From Patescibacteria group bacterium (lineage in GTDB: Bacteria > Patescibacteriota > Patescibacteriia > Patescibacteriales > UBA12465): a stretch of 60,923 nt of DNA. The translations under genes and the position numbers were made by a program. The notes under the pieces are model-generated. The model made no database searches. It worked only from the letters and a program-made list of their open reading frames with translations, and had not been told where the DNA came from. Location of the stretch: assembly GCA_041658665.1 (NCBI GenBank), contig JBAZZR010000004.1, positions 1 through 60,923 on the forward strand. The letters are read 5' to 3'. This document shows, in pieces, positions 42,620 to 52,162 of this stretch. Position 1 is the stretch's first letter. Every line of letters starts with the position of its first letter.

Positions 42620-43288
42620 TTATTCTTTCCCTCCACTATGTTTTAAGACTTTGCCTTCAACCATAAAAGCAATATCTTCAGCAATATTGGTGGCATGGTC
42701 ACTGATTCTCTCCAAATGACGCGAGATGAGCAATAAGGGCAAAGCTCGCGGGACGGTGGTAGAATCACTGGCCATAATTTGACTAAGCTCAACGTGAATT
42801 AAATCGCGCAAGCGATCAGTTTCTTTTTCTTTTTCCCAAACCAATTTTGCCTTTTGTGGGTCTCTATTAATAAATGCTTCCAGAGCTAACCCAACTGACT
42901 CTTGAGCTATACGAGCCATTTTAGGAATATCAATCAGAGGTTTAAGGAGAGGATATTGCATTAATTCAATCGCCCTTTCAGCAATATCTTCGGATAAATC
43001 GCCAATTCTTTCTAAATCGTTAGCAATCCGCATACCAGTCATGAGAAAACGCAGATCCGAAGCTTCTGGTTGACGCAATGCCACTAACTGGACAACCGTT
43101 TCATCCACTTCTAATTCTAATTGATCCACTTTCTCGTCTTCTACTATTACCTCTTCGGCCATTTTACGATCCATATTTTTTAGGGCTTCAACTGACTTAA
43201 AGATTAACCCTTGTACCATAACCCCCATCTTAAGGATTTTATCTTTTAATTCAGCCAATTCTTGATCAAACACTCGTTGGTGTTCCAT
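42620..43288 (-). CDS. phoU: Phosphate signalling protein PhoU
   Basis: QPEASDLR, DLERIGDL, HLERISDHATNIAE. Confidence 0.96.
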   Translation of the reverse strand: MEHQRVFDQELAELKDKILKMGVMVQGLIFKSVEALKNMDRKMAEEVIVEDEKVDQLELEVDETVVQLVALRQPEASDLRFLMTGMRIANDLERIGDLSEDIAERAIELMQYPLLKPLIDIPKMARIAQESVGLALEAFINRDPQKAKLVWEKEKETDRLRDLIHVELSQIMASDSTTVPRALPLLLISRHLERISDHATNIAEDIAFMVEGKVLKHSGGKE

Positions 43289-44115
43289 TATCCAAACCTC
43301 CCTGTTATATAATCATCCGTTCTTTTATCTTTTGGAGCAGTAAACAATCGCTTGGTATCTCCAAATTCAACTAACTCACCCAGCAGCATGTAGCCGCACT
43401 CACCTGAAACCCGGGCGGCTTGCTGCATATTGTGGGTTACAACCACAATAGTATAACTCTTTTTTAGCTCCGCCATCAACTCCTCAATACGCATAGTGGA
43501 GAGAGGATCCAGGGCAGAACAAGGTTCGTCCATTAAAATAATGTCGGGGGTAACCGCCAAAAGACGGGCAATACATAGACGCTGCTGTTGTTCCAGGGTT
43601 AAGGTTAAAGCATTGGAATTTAATTTATCTTTTAAATCGTCAAAGAGTAATACTGCAGAAAGAGCCTGTTCAACTGCTTTTTCTAGTTCCCGGCGATTCC
43701 TCTCCCGGCGAATACGTAGTCCAAAAGCCACATTCTCAAAGACAGAAAGCGGAAACGGATTGGGACGTTGAAAAACCATCCCGACTTTTTTGCGCACATC
43801 AATTAAGTTAACATCATTACTTAATATTTCTAGGCCATCTATTCGCACACTACCGGATGTTCTTACCCCTTCGATCAGGTCATTCATGCGGTTAAAAACC
43901 CTTAGCAAAGTTGATTTTCCACAGCCGGATGGGCCAATTAGTGCCGTAATAGTATTCGCGGTAATTTCCATATTGATTTTTTTTAGAGCATGAAAATCTG
44001 TATAAAATAAATCTAAATCATCAACATGGATTTTAAATTTTTCATCCCTCGATTTCTCTCGGGATAGCTGAGATAGCGAGCCTGTCGAGCTATTTTTCAT
44101 TAAGTCATTTTCCAT
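43288..44115 (-). CDS. pstB: Phosphate ABC ATPase, copy 2 (degenerate signature motif)
   Basis: GPSGCGKST, VFQRPNPFP, MDEPCSALDP, VTHNMQQA are intact. Signature position reads LTLEQQQ. Confidence 0.93.
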   Translation of the reverse strand: MENDLMKNSSTGSLSQLSREKSRDEKFKIHVDDLDLFYTDFHALKKINMEITANTITALIGPSGCGKSTLLRVFNRMNDLIEGVRTSGSVRIDGLEILSNDVNLIDVRKKVGMVFQRPNPFPLSVFENVAFGLRIRRERNRRELEKAVEQALSAVLLFDDLKDKLNSNALTLTLEQQQRLCIARLLAVTPDIILMDEPCSALDPLSTMRIEELMAELKKSYTIVVVTHNMQQAARVSGECGYMLLGELVEFGDTKRLFTAPKDKRTDDYITGRFG

Positions 44116-44120
44116 TTATC

Positions 44121-44885
44121 CTATCCAAACCTTCCCGTAATATAATCTTCAGTTCTTTTATCTCTCGGGGTCGTGAAGACTTGCCTTGTTTCTCCTAGTT
44201 CAACCAGTTCGCCCATCAGGAAAAAGGCTGTTCTGTCAGAAATACGCGCGGCTTGTTTTACATTATTTGTCACCAGAATTTGCGTATATTTATTCTTTAG
44301 TTCTCGCATAGCGTCTTCCACCTTGTGGGTAGAAATAGGATCAAGACCGGAACAAGGCTCATCGTACAAAATAACCTCTGGTTCAACCGCCAGAGTCCGT
44401 CCGATACACAAGCGTTGTTGTTGGCCCCCGGATAATTTGAAAGCAGATTTATGGAGACGATCTTTAACTTCATCCCAAATAGCCGCAGCGGTTAAAGACT
44501 CCTCTACAATTTGATCTAATTTTTGTTTCTTTTTTATGCCGTGTAAGCGAGGACCATAGGCAACATTATCATAGATGGATAAAGGCAAAGGCAGAGGCAA
44601 AGCAAACACCACCCCCATTCTTTTACGCAACATTTGAATGTTAACCGAACGAATATTTTCTCCATCCAGCAAAATTTCGCCATCCATTCTAAAGCCAGGA
44701 TAAAGCTCATTAAGGCGATTAAGCGTCCGCAAAAATGAAGTTTTGCCACTATTGGATGGTCCAATTACACCTAAAATCTCATGCTCCTCTACAGCAAACG
44801 ACACTTCTTTAACCGCGTGTACCTTGTCATACCAAACATGCAAATTTGTAACTTGTATCTTGTTTCTTGTATCTTTGCTCACCAT
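44121..44885 (-). CDS. pstB: Phosphate ABC ATPase, copy 1 (degenerate Q-loop and H-switch)
   Basis: GPSNSGKTS, LSGGQQQRL, YDEPCSGLDP. Q-loop reads VFALPLP and H-switch reads VTNNVKQ. Confidence 0.93.
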   Translation of the reverse strand: MVSKDTRNKIQVTNLHVWYDKVHAVKEVSFAVEEHEILGVIGPSNSGKTSFLRTLNRLNELYPGFRMDGEILLDGENIRSVNIQMLRKRMGVVFALPLPLPLSIYDNVAYGPRLHGIKKKQKLDQIVEESLTAAAIWDEVKDRLHKSAFKLSGGQQQRLCIGRTLAVEPEVILYDEPCSGLDPISTHKVEDAMRELKNKYTQILVTNNVKQAARISDRTAFFLMGELVELGETRQVFTTPRDKRTEDYITGRFG

Positions 44886-45727
44886 GTTTTGCGTTTCCTT
44901 AATTTAGCCCTAAACAAAGAGGCAATGATATTCATAAGAAAGATCATGCCAACTAGTACCAAAACGGTCCCGTATTGTATCCCTTCACTTACATTAGGAA
45001 CTTGGGTTGAAAGAACATAAATGTGATAGGGCAAAGCCATTACCTGATCATAAACCGATTGGGGGAGCGATGGCAGGTAAAAAGCTGCCACGGTAAAAAG
45101 GATCGGCGCTGTTTCTCCAGCCGCTCGCGACAAACCCAATATAGTCCCGGTGATGATTCCGGGAATAGCATTAGGCAGTACCGCATAACGAACTGTCTGC
45201 CAGCGGGATGCTCCTAAAGAAAAACTAACTTCCCTAAAGTTTTTGGGAACAGTATTTAGAGCTTCGCGGGTAGCAGTAATAATTACCGGCAAGGTCATAA
45301 TGGCAAGCGTTAACGAACCTGCCAAAATTGAAGCGCCAAGTTGGATAAACGTTACAAAGAGTCCCAGGCCAAATAAGCCATACACGATTGATGGAACCCC
45401 TGCCAGATTGATAATTGAGAGTTCAATGGCCCGCGATAACCAATTCTTATGCGCATATTCATTTAAATAAATAGCAGCCAAAACACCAAAAGGGACCGCA
45501 AAAACAGCTGTCCCCAGCATCAGACAAATTGTCCCAACAATGGCAGGAAAAATGCCACCGGCTCGCATACCATCGCGCGGCATTTCAAAGATAAAAGTGG
45601 GAGTAATCGCTGGCAAGCCTTTCACTAAAATTAAAATAAAAATTAAAGCTACTGGTAAAATCACAATTATTGTTGCCAGAAATAACAGTCCAAAGGCTAA
45701 TTTTTCGGTTTGTTCGGGTTTAATCAT
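44879..45727 (-). CDS. pstA: Phosphate ABC permease PstA
   Basis: NLAGVPSIVYGLFG, RAAGETAPI. Confidence 0.95.
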   Translation of the reverse strand: MIKPEQTEKLAFGLLFLATIIVILPVALIFILILVKGLPAITPTFIFEMPRDGMRAGGIFPAIVGTICLMLGTAVFAVPFGVLAAIYLNEYAHKNWLSRAIELSIINLAGVPSIVYGLFGLGLFVTFIQLGASILAGSLTLAIMTLPVIITATREALNTVPKNFREVSFSLGASRWQTVRYAVLPNAIPGIITGTILGLSRAAGETAPILFTVAAFYLPSLPQSVYDQVMALPYHIYVLSTQVPNVSEGIQYGTVLVLVGMIFLMNIIASLFRAKLRKRKTW

Positions 45728-46590
45728 TTTACCTTCCTATGCATAAACCAATCAGCCGTTAAATTTATAATAAAGCTGATGATAAATAAAATAATCCCAA
45801 TGGCAAATAATGAATAATAATGCGGGCTGCCAGAAACCGCCTCACCCATTTCGGCCGCAATAGTCGCCGTCAAGGTTCTAACCGGCTGTAGAATACTATT
45901 TGGCATAACCGCCGCATTTCCAGTAATCATTAATACCGCCATAGTCTCGCCAATTACCCTTCCAATCCCCAGCATAATTGCCGCTAAAATACCGGAAGCA
46001 GCCGCGGGAAGAATAACTCGATAAATTGCTTGCCAATGAGTAGCTCCCATGGCCAATGCCCCTTCTTTATAACTTTTTGGCACCGAGACGATTGCATCTT
46101 CTATAATCGAAACAATGGTCGGCATAGCCATGAAAGCTAACATAATTGAACCGGCAAGAGCGGTCAGCCCACTGGACAAATGAAAGACATTTTTTAAAAA
46201 TGGGGCTAAGGTTACAATCCCTATAAAACCTAAAACAATACTGGGAATAGCGGCTAACAATTCTATGGCTGTCTTTAGAATATCGCGCAGCCAAAGGGGG
46301 GCAACTTCAGCCACATAAATAGCGGCAGCAATTCCCAGAGGCACTGCAATGACAGTTGCCCCTAGCGTAACTAAAAGTGAACCTAAAATTAAGGGCAGAA
46401 TGCCAAACAGCGGCGGATCCGAGATCGGAAACCACTTTTGGCCAAAGAGAAAAGAAGGGACTGAAGTAAACTGAAAAAGAGCTAAACCTTCTTTGAGTAA
46501 AAAGACAAAGATTAATATCACAAAAACAATTGAGGCTATGCCCGATAACAAGATAGCTTTTTCAATTATAAATTCAAACAGTTTTTTCAT
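45724..46590 (-). CDS. pstC: Phosphate ABC permease PstC
   Basis: ELLAAIPSIVLG, GRVIGETMAV. Confidence 0.95.
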   Translation of the reverse strand: MKKLFEFIIEKAILLSGIASIVFVILIFVFLLKEGLALFQFTSVPSFLFGQKWFPISDPPLFGILPLILGSLLVTLGATVIAVPLGIAAAIYVAEVAPLWLRDILKTAIELLAAIPSIVLGFIGIVTLAPFLKNVFHLSSGLTALAGSIMLAFMAMPTIVSIIEDAIVSVPKSYKEGALAMGATHWQAIYRVILPAAASGILAAIMLGIGRVIGETMAVLMITGNAAVMPNSILQPVRTLTATIAAEMGEAVSGSPHYYSLFAIGIILFIISFIINLTADWFMHRKVK

Positions 46591-46608
46591 GGAACTTTAC
46601 TCCGATCC

Positions 46609-47475
46609 TCACCTCACCGGGACAAAATCCATTTTTAACACCAACTGCTGACCTTCTTTGCTGAGCACAAAATCAACAAAAGACTTAACTTCTCCACTAG
46701 GTGCACCGTTGGTATAGAAAAGTAAAGTGCGGGAAATCGGATAAGTCTTATCTAAAACCGTTTTAACTGAAGGACTGACAAAAGGAGAACCGGCCACTTT
46801 GGAAACTGCTATAGCTTTCTGTCTATCATTTAAATATCCAAGACCAATATAACCAATAGCCGACGGATTAGCAATAATTTCTTCAACAATAGCTTGCGAA
46901 GAGGGCATCATCAGGACTGAACAAGCAAATTCGTTAGGGTTCTTTTTATTTCCCATTTTAACAACATGCTCGACAAAGAAAACATGTGTTCCAGAATTCC
47001 TCTCCCTAGACAGAGCTACAATCATGCAATCTTTCCCGCCCACCTCTTTCCAGTTATTTATTTTTCCGGTATAGATATCCGATATTTGCTGCATAGTTAG
47101 TTTGCTAACTGGATTGGAAGGATTAACTACTACCGAAATCCCATCATTAGCAACATGGATTTCTTGAGGATTAATACCACGCTTATTAGCCATTTCGATT
47201 TCTTTTGGCTCCATGTTGCGGGAACTTTGGGCAATATTGGTTGAGCCAGCAATCAAAGCAGCAATACCTGTCCCTGATCCACCGCCCGTCACCGCAATCG
47301 CAGTTTTTGGATTGATCTTCATAAAATCAGCCGCCCATGACTGCCCCAGATTGACCATGGTATCCGAACCTTTGATTTGCAAAGCTTTTCGACCTCCACC
47401 ACAACCAAGGGAAAGAAACAAGATACAAGAAACAAGTAACAAACCGATTAGACCAAGTACATTCAATTTTCGCAC
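46609..47475 (-). CDS. pstS: Phosphate-binding lipoprotein PstS
   Basis: LGC lipobox, KGSDTM, GGGSGTG, RERNSGT. Confidence 0.95.
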   Translation of the reverse strand: MRKLNVLGLIGLLLVSCILFLSLGCGGGRKALQIKGSDTMVNLGQSWAADFMKINPKTAIAVTGGGSGTGIAALIAGSTNIAQSSRNMEPKEIEMANKRGINPQEIHVANDGISVVVNPSNPVSKLTMQQISDIYTGKINNWKEVGGKDCMIVALSRERNSGTHVFFVEHVVKMGNKKNPNEFACSVLMMPSSQAIVEEIIANPSAIGYIGLGYLNDRQKAIAVSKVAGSPFVSPSVKTVLDKTYPISRTLLFYTNGAPSGEVKSFVDFVLSKEGQQLVLKMDFVPVR

Positions 47476-47496
47476 TTTATTCTCCTTTTGTTTAAT

Positions 47497-48648
47497 TTAA
47501 AAATTCACCAAACTATGCAAATAGAAAGCACTGGTTACCGCTCCATTCCCCACCTTGGCATTTTGCACATCGGCGGATAAACGGATATCTTTGCTCCAAT
47601 CGTAAATCACCCCATAAAAGGTTTTTTCGCGAGTATCATTATCGATAGATGTATCTGGGTCGTAACTATCAGCCCGAGCAAAGATTTGCAAATCTGGCCA
47701 TAAGACTTTAAATACGCCACCAATGCTATAACCAGAGATGCTAGCATTGCTTTTTGTGCCGGTTACGTATTCAAAAAAGATATCGCGCAATTCATGTTTA
47801 AATCCAATTCCAATCCCGGCCTGATGGTTGCCCGCTCCCAAATTAAAAGTAGAATTGACCGATTCGCTATTAGAATAAGCCCCTAAAATAAATTTACCAA
47901 CTTGGGGATTTTCGAGCAGAGTGGAATTAAGGCGTAGAGATAAACTTTTAGAAGAATCAGTCTCAGCGGTAGCATAACCTGTACCATTCATCGCTGAAGC
48001 TTGATATTCGATGGCCGGCCAATTATACAAATTAATTTTTCCATAGGCACTTACACCCAAATCAGAAGAAGACATAATATTTTCGTTGTCAGTTAAACTT
48101 TTGGCAATCCAGCGCAGGCTCAACATTTTGTCTGTCCAGTCAATCCAGATTGTTTGCTGCATACCAAGCTTGGCATTAACGTTTACCATATCAGTAGAAC
48201 GATTAAGCGGCATTTCAAAATAGGCATATTTTAGATAATCAAACAAATTTTGCCGGGCAGCTCCCGGAATTCGGGCTGCATCTAGAGTTACACGAGCCAC
48301 AGCTCCACGCTCCAATTTTTTAAACACCTCAAAATAGGCTCGGTCGATATCAAAGTTATTAGGAACAGTGCCATTTAATAAATATTTTTGCCAACGAAAG
48401 AAGATTTGGCCCCCAACCTTAAAACTGCTATCTGCTGCCGGTCTTTTGGTGGTTAAAGCGCTTGGTTGGTTACCGGCTTGGGGAATAACTGGAGATGACA
48501 TTGGTGCTCTTGGAACATTTAAGGCACTAGGAATTGCTGACTTAGGGATTTTCTTTTTTACTGTATCATCAGCAGCAAAGGAAACTACAGAAGAAGATAC
48601 AAGTAACAAGAAAACAATAACCAATTTGGATTTTAGATTTTCTTTCAT
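47497..48648 (-). CDS. Probable phosphate-selective outer-membrane porin (OprO/OprP-like)
   Basis: Signal peptide, FDIDRAY, YLKYAY, terminal Phe. First gene downstream of the Pho box. Confidence 0.7.
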   Translation of the reverse strand: MKENLKSKLVIVFLLLVSSSVVSFAADDTVKKKIPKSAIPSALNVPRAPMSSPVIPQAGNQPSALTTKRPAADSSFKVGGQIFFRWQKYLLNGTVPNNFDIDRAYFEVFKKLERGAVARVTLDAARIPGAARQNLFDYLKYAYFEMPLNRSTDMVNVNAKLGMQQTIWIDWTDKMLSLRWIAKSLTDNENIMSSSDLGVSAYGKINLYNWPAIEYQASAMNGTGYATAETDSSKSLSLRLNSTLLENPQVGKFILGAYSNSESVNSTFNLGAGNHQAGIGIGFKHELRDIFFEYVTGTKSNASISGYSIGGVFKVLWPDLQIFARADSYDPDTSIDNDTREKTFYGVIYDWSKDIRLSADVQNAKVGNGAVTSAFYLHSLVNF

Positions 48649-48672
48649 TACAACGTAAGCATAGAGTTAAAT

Positions 48673-48712
48673 AGTTAACAGATAATTACGTTAATGTTAC
48701 GGGAAGGTTAAC
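48673..48712 (-). promoter_or_regulatory. Pho box: four direct repeats at 11-bp period
   Basis: GTTAACC-ttcc-CGTAACA-ttaa-CGTAATT-atct-GTTAACT upstream of porin-pstS. Confidence 0.75.
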
Positions 48713-48768
48713 TTTTTCTTTGAGTCTTCGAGCCTTTGAGGCAATTTTAAATATTAGCCTCCAAGACT

Positions 48769-49911
48769 CTAAGACTCTAAGGGGAAAAATAAAGTAAACC
48801 TCGCCCCTTTACCAGATTCACTCTCTAAAGTAACGGATCCATTATGCAGATGCATGACATGTTTAACAATCGCAAGGCCCAATCCGGTTCCGCCTAGATC
48901 CCTCGATCGAGCTTTATCAACGCGATAGAAGCGCTCAAATATCCGATGGTGATGTTCCGCTGGAATCCCAATTCCAGTATCGGCAATGTGAATAGCATAC
49001 TGACCTTCTTTCTTCTCACAGGATATTTCTATCGTTCCACCATCACCAGTATAATTGACAGCATTATCGAGCAAATTTAAAATTGCCCGAAAGATATGTT
49101 CCTCAATGCCATTGATTTTGTGTTCGGATTGGTCGCATTTGGTAATCAGTTTGATTTTTTTCTTCTCAATTTTGGGCATGACCGTCTCAATCGCCTTTTT
49201 CATAATTTTACCCAAATCAACTTCAGAAAAGGCTCCCAATTCTTTTTTGGATTCCAGATGGGACAATTCCAAAATATCGCTAATTAAATCGGTAAGACTA
49301 ATGGCATATTTATCAATTTTTTGCAGGAATTCGATATTATGCTCTTTATCTTCGATAGCACCGTTTAGCAACGTTTCCACATAATTGCGAATCACAGTTA
49401 ATGGGGTTTTAAGTTCGTGAGAAATATTGGCAATGAATTCTGAGCGATAAGTTTCAAGCTTCTTTAATTCGGATATATCGTGTAATACACAAACCAAACC
49501 GGCAATCTGCCCATCACTATCCGTCATGGGGCTTGCATGAGCCACAAAAGAAGCCTCAAAAGGCACAACAATATTGATCTCACTGGAAACTTTTTTACCT
49601 TCCCGCAGAGCTCCCTCCACCAAAGCAGCAATTTCGTTATTGCGGGTAGCTTCACGCACTGATTTTCCGATAACTTCGGGTTGGGTAATAGTAAACATTT
49701 TTTCAATCATCGGATTGGCGAGAATGATTTTACCGGAAGCATCAACGGCTAAAACCCCTTCCGCCATACTCCGCAGAGTAGCATCGGCAATTCCTCTTTG
49801 AGCTTCGAGTAATTCAGCCGTTTCAGAAAATTTCCTTTCAGCCGAATGGGTAGCATCTTGCAATTCTTTTAATTTGGATCCAGATAATATGTGAAAAGGA
49901 AAATCAGGCAT
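48769..49911 (-). CDS. phoR: Phosphate sensor kinase PhoR (PAS-HisKA-HATPase, no evident TM)
   Basis: SHELKTPL, NLLDNAVNY, IFERFYRVDKARSR..GGTGLGLAIVKH. Confidence 0.93.
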   Translation of the reverse strand: MPDFPFHILSGSKLKELQDATHSAERKFSETAELLEAQRGIADATLRSMAEGVLAVDASGKIILANPMIEKMFTITQPEVIGKSVREATRNNEIAALVEGALREGKKVSSEINIVVPFEASFVAHASPMTDSDGQIAGLVCVLHDISELKKLETYRSEFIANISHELKTPLTVIRNYVETLLNGAIEDKEHNIEFLQKIDKYAISLTDLISDILELSHLESKKELGAFSEVDLGKIMKKAIETVMPKIEKKKIKLITKCDQSEHKINGIEEHIFRAILNLLDNAVNYTGDGGTIEISCEKKEGQYAIHIADTGIGIPAEHHHRIFERFYRVDKARSRDLGGTGLGLAIVKHVMHLHNGSVTLESESGKGARFTLFFPLES

Positions 49912-50587
49912 GGAATTTGTACCCCACCCCTCTTAAAGTTTGGATATACTTGCCAGCCTTGCCCAGTTTTTCTCTAAGCCTTCTTACATGAACGTCGACT
50001 GTGCGGGTTTCGATCGCTACCTCTACCCCCCAAACCGTATCGAGCAACTTTTCGCGACTATAGACTTTATCTTTATTTTCGGCCAAATAAAGCAGGAGCG
50101 CAAATTCTTTGGCAGTTAATTCAACAATTCGGTTTCCAACTTTCACTTCATGTCTTTCTGTATCGATCTCAAGCTCTTGTATTTTTATATTAACTGGCTG
50201 AATCTTGTCCGTTTTTACTCCGTATCGTTTCAGTATTGTTTTAATCCGTGCGATCAGTTCTCGCATACTAAAAGGCTTAGTGATGTAGTCATCAGCCCCC
50301 AATTCAAGGCCAACGATTTTATCCACTTCTGAACTTTTAGCGGTGAGCATAATGATAGGGAGACTGGCCGTTTTCGGATCATTTTTTAAGATGCGGCAAA
50401 CATCTAAGCCACTAATGCCAGGCAGCATTAAATCAAGCAAAAGGATGGAAGGTTTTTTGTCTTTGGCCATCTTAAGGCCGGTATTGCCGTCAAAGGCTTT
50501 GGAAACGGAAAAGCCTTCTTTTTCGAGGTTATATTCGATACTTTCGGCGATGTCACGCTCGTCATCGATGATCAGTACATCTGGCAT
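49904..50587 (-). CDS. phoB: Response regulator PhoB/PhoP
   Basis: REC plus OmpR winged helix, TRTVDVHVRRLREKL, adjacent to phoR. Confidence 0.93.
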   Translation of the reverse strand: MPDVLIIDDERDIAESIEYNLEKEGFSVSKAFDGNTGLKMAKDKKPSILLLDLMLPGISGLDVCRILKNDPKTASLPIIMLTAKSSEVDKIVGLELGADDYITKPFSMRELIARIKTILKRYGVKTDKIQPVNIKIQELEIDTERHEVKVGNRIVELTAKEFALLLYLAENKDKVYSREKLLDTVWGVEVAIETRTVDVHVRRLREKLGKAGKYIQTLRGVGYKFHA

Positions 50588-50590
50588 TGT

Positions 50591-52075
50591 CTAAATTATA
50601 GCCCCTTTTTTAAAGAACTTAAAGTAGCGGGCAGAGGGATTAGCTGGATTGTTGGTAATACCAGCTATAGCCCAAACATCAGGACTTTCCATGCACAAAT
50701 AAACATAAACGTCTTTCGAGTGTTGTCTAATTGCTTGGAACATAGTTTGAAAGATTTCTACCCGAATGGGCTTAAAGTAACGCATTTTATTATCCTCACC
50801 AATATCTAATTCGCCTAAGCAAATGCGAGAATGCGGAAAACGTTCTTCGATAATTTCTTTTAATTGCGGTTGATAACGTAAAGCTCCCAAGCTGATCCAA
50901 GCAATATCTTCCCCCTTAACCGCTTTAAATATTTCGGCCACTACTTTCGCATAATCCTTATCCCAGCCTTTATAGAAAATAATCGGATCAAAATGGAACC
51001 CAACTTTATAGCCGGAAGCCACAGCTCGCTTCGCTGCTTTTAATCTCTCTTTCAAACTCCTAGCTCCGTACTCCTGACTCCGAACTATCCCCTCAGGATT
51101 GACGGACCAGGCAAAGACGGTTTTACCGCGATGATCACAACCTAGCAAATGATCGATCTCTGTGCTCTTGGTCTTTAACTCCAGTAAATGATTCTCTTGC
51201 CCGGCAAACAGTTCAATCAATTTGGTAGCTAGTCCGGTTGGTTCATCCAGAGCCAAGCTATCCGTAAATTCTCCCGTTCCAATTCTAAAATGTTCATTTA
51301 TATGTTCATCCATAAACTGTTTTAATTCCGCAATCAACTCATCGATATTGGCATAGATGGTGATTACTTTATTATTGAGGTAGGTTTGCAGGTAACAATA
51401 AGTGCAATCAAACGGACAATTGATGGCATTGTTCACTACTAGATAATTACAGCAGAGATGTTCTCTTGTTCCCGGACAACGTTCCAGCCAGCGACCTTTT
51501 TGTTTTGCCAGGGTGACGATTTGCTTTCCTTCGCCGAAGTGCTGATACTTTTTAATAACTTCTTTAATTGAATCAATATACTTTACTGGGGTTTTCTTGA
51601 AGTGCTCTAAGACCTTATTCGTCACTTCAAAATCTTGAACTTCTTTTTCAACATAGATCGTTTTAATCTTTAAGCCTTCTGCCTTCCTCGCCCTCTTCTC
51701 CCTCATAAGCCCCATCCCTCCTCCTGCCTTCACGGGCCCCCACGGGCCTTCTTCCCCCCCATAGAAATATGGGTAACGTTTTTGTCTCAAAGCTTCTCGC
51801 AACAGATCCATTCTTCTAGAATAGGCTAATTTATTCTCTTTAAAAATTTGAATTACAGTTGGATCTTTGAGTTGTTTGCTAATCGTCACCCCATCACGGC
51901 GGGAAATATCAATTAGGTAGTCAACAAACTCTCTGGCATAGTTGATGCCTAAACGGAAATCTCGGATAAATTTTAGCAGAGCATTTTGATCAGCCTTGGG
52001 AAGCCTTTCAATCTTCGCAGCCGTCTTTGTATAAAGCTTTTGGGTTGAAACTAATTGCTCAAGTTGCCAGCACAT
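50591..52075 (-). CDS. Radical SAM spore-photoproduct-lyase family protein with extra N-terminal helical domain
   Basis: NCPFDCTYCYLQ, RIGTGEFTDSLALD, LELKTKS, FHFDPI, YLCMES. Confidence 0.85.
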   Translation of the reverse strand: MCWQLEQLVSTQKLYTKTAAKIERLPKADQNALLKFIRDFRLGINYAREFVDYLIDISRRDGVTISKQLKDPTVIQIFKENKLAYSRRMDLLREALRQKRYPYFYGGEEGPWGPVKAGGGMGLMREKRARKAEGLKIKTIYVEKEVQDFEVTNKVLEHFKKTPVKYIDSIKEVIKKYQHFGEGKQIVTLAKQKGRWLERCPGTREHLCCNYLVVNNAINCPFDCTYCYLQTYLNNKVITIYANIDELIAELKQFMDEHINEHFRIGTGEFTDSLALDEPTGLATKLIELFAGQENHLLELKTKSTEIDHLLGCDHRGKTVFAWSVNPEGIVRSQEYGARSLKERLKAAKRAVASGYKVGFHFDPIIFYKGWDKDYAKVVAEIFKAVKGEDIAWISLGALRYQPQLKEIIEERFPHSRICLGELDIGEDNKMRYFKPIRVEIFQTMFQAIRQHSKDVYVYLCMESPDVWAIAGITNNPANPSARYFKFFKKGAII

Positions 52076-52128
52076 TATGCTATTTTACAACAAACCATAT
52101 TAAATAGGGCAAAAAGCTTGGTTCCCAC

Positions 52129-52157
52129 TGAAATTTATTGTTCTATTTTTTGATAAA
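52129..52157 (+). promoter_or_regulatory. Sigma-28-like promoter motif, copy 1
   Basis: TGAAATTT-14 nt-TGATAAA, 5 nt before ATG 52163, no RBS. Confidence 0.55.
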
Positions 52158-52162
52158 TAGTC

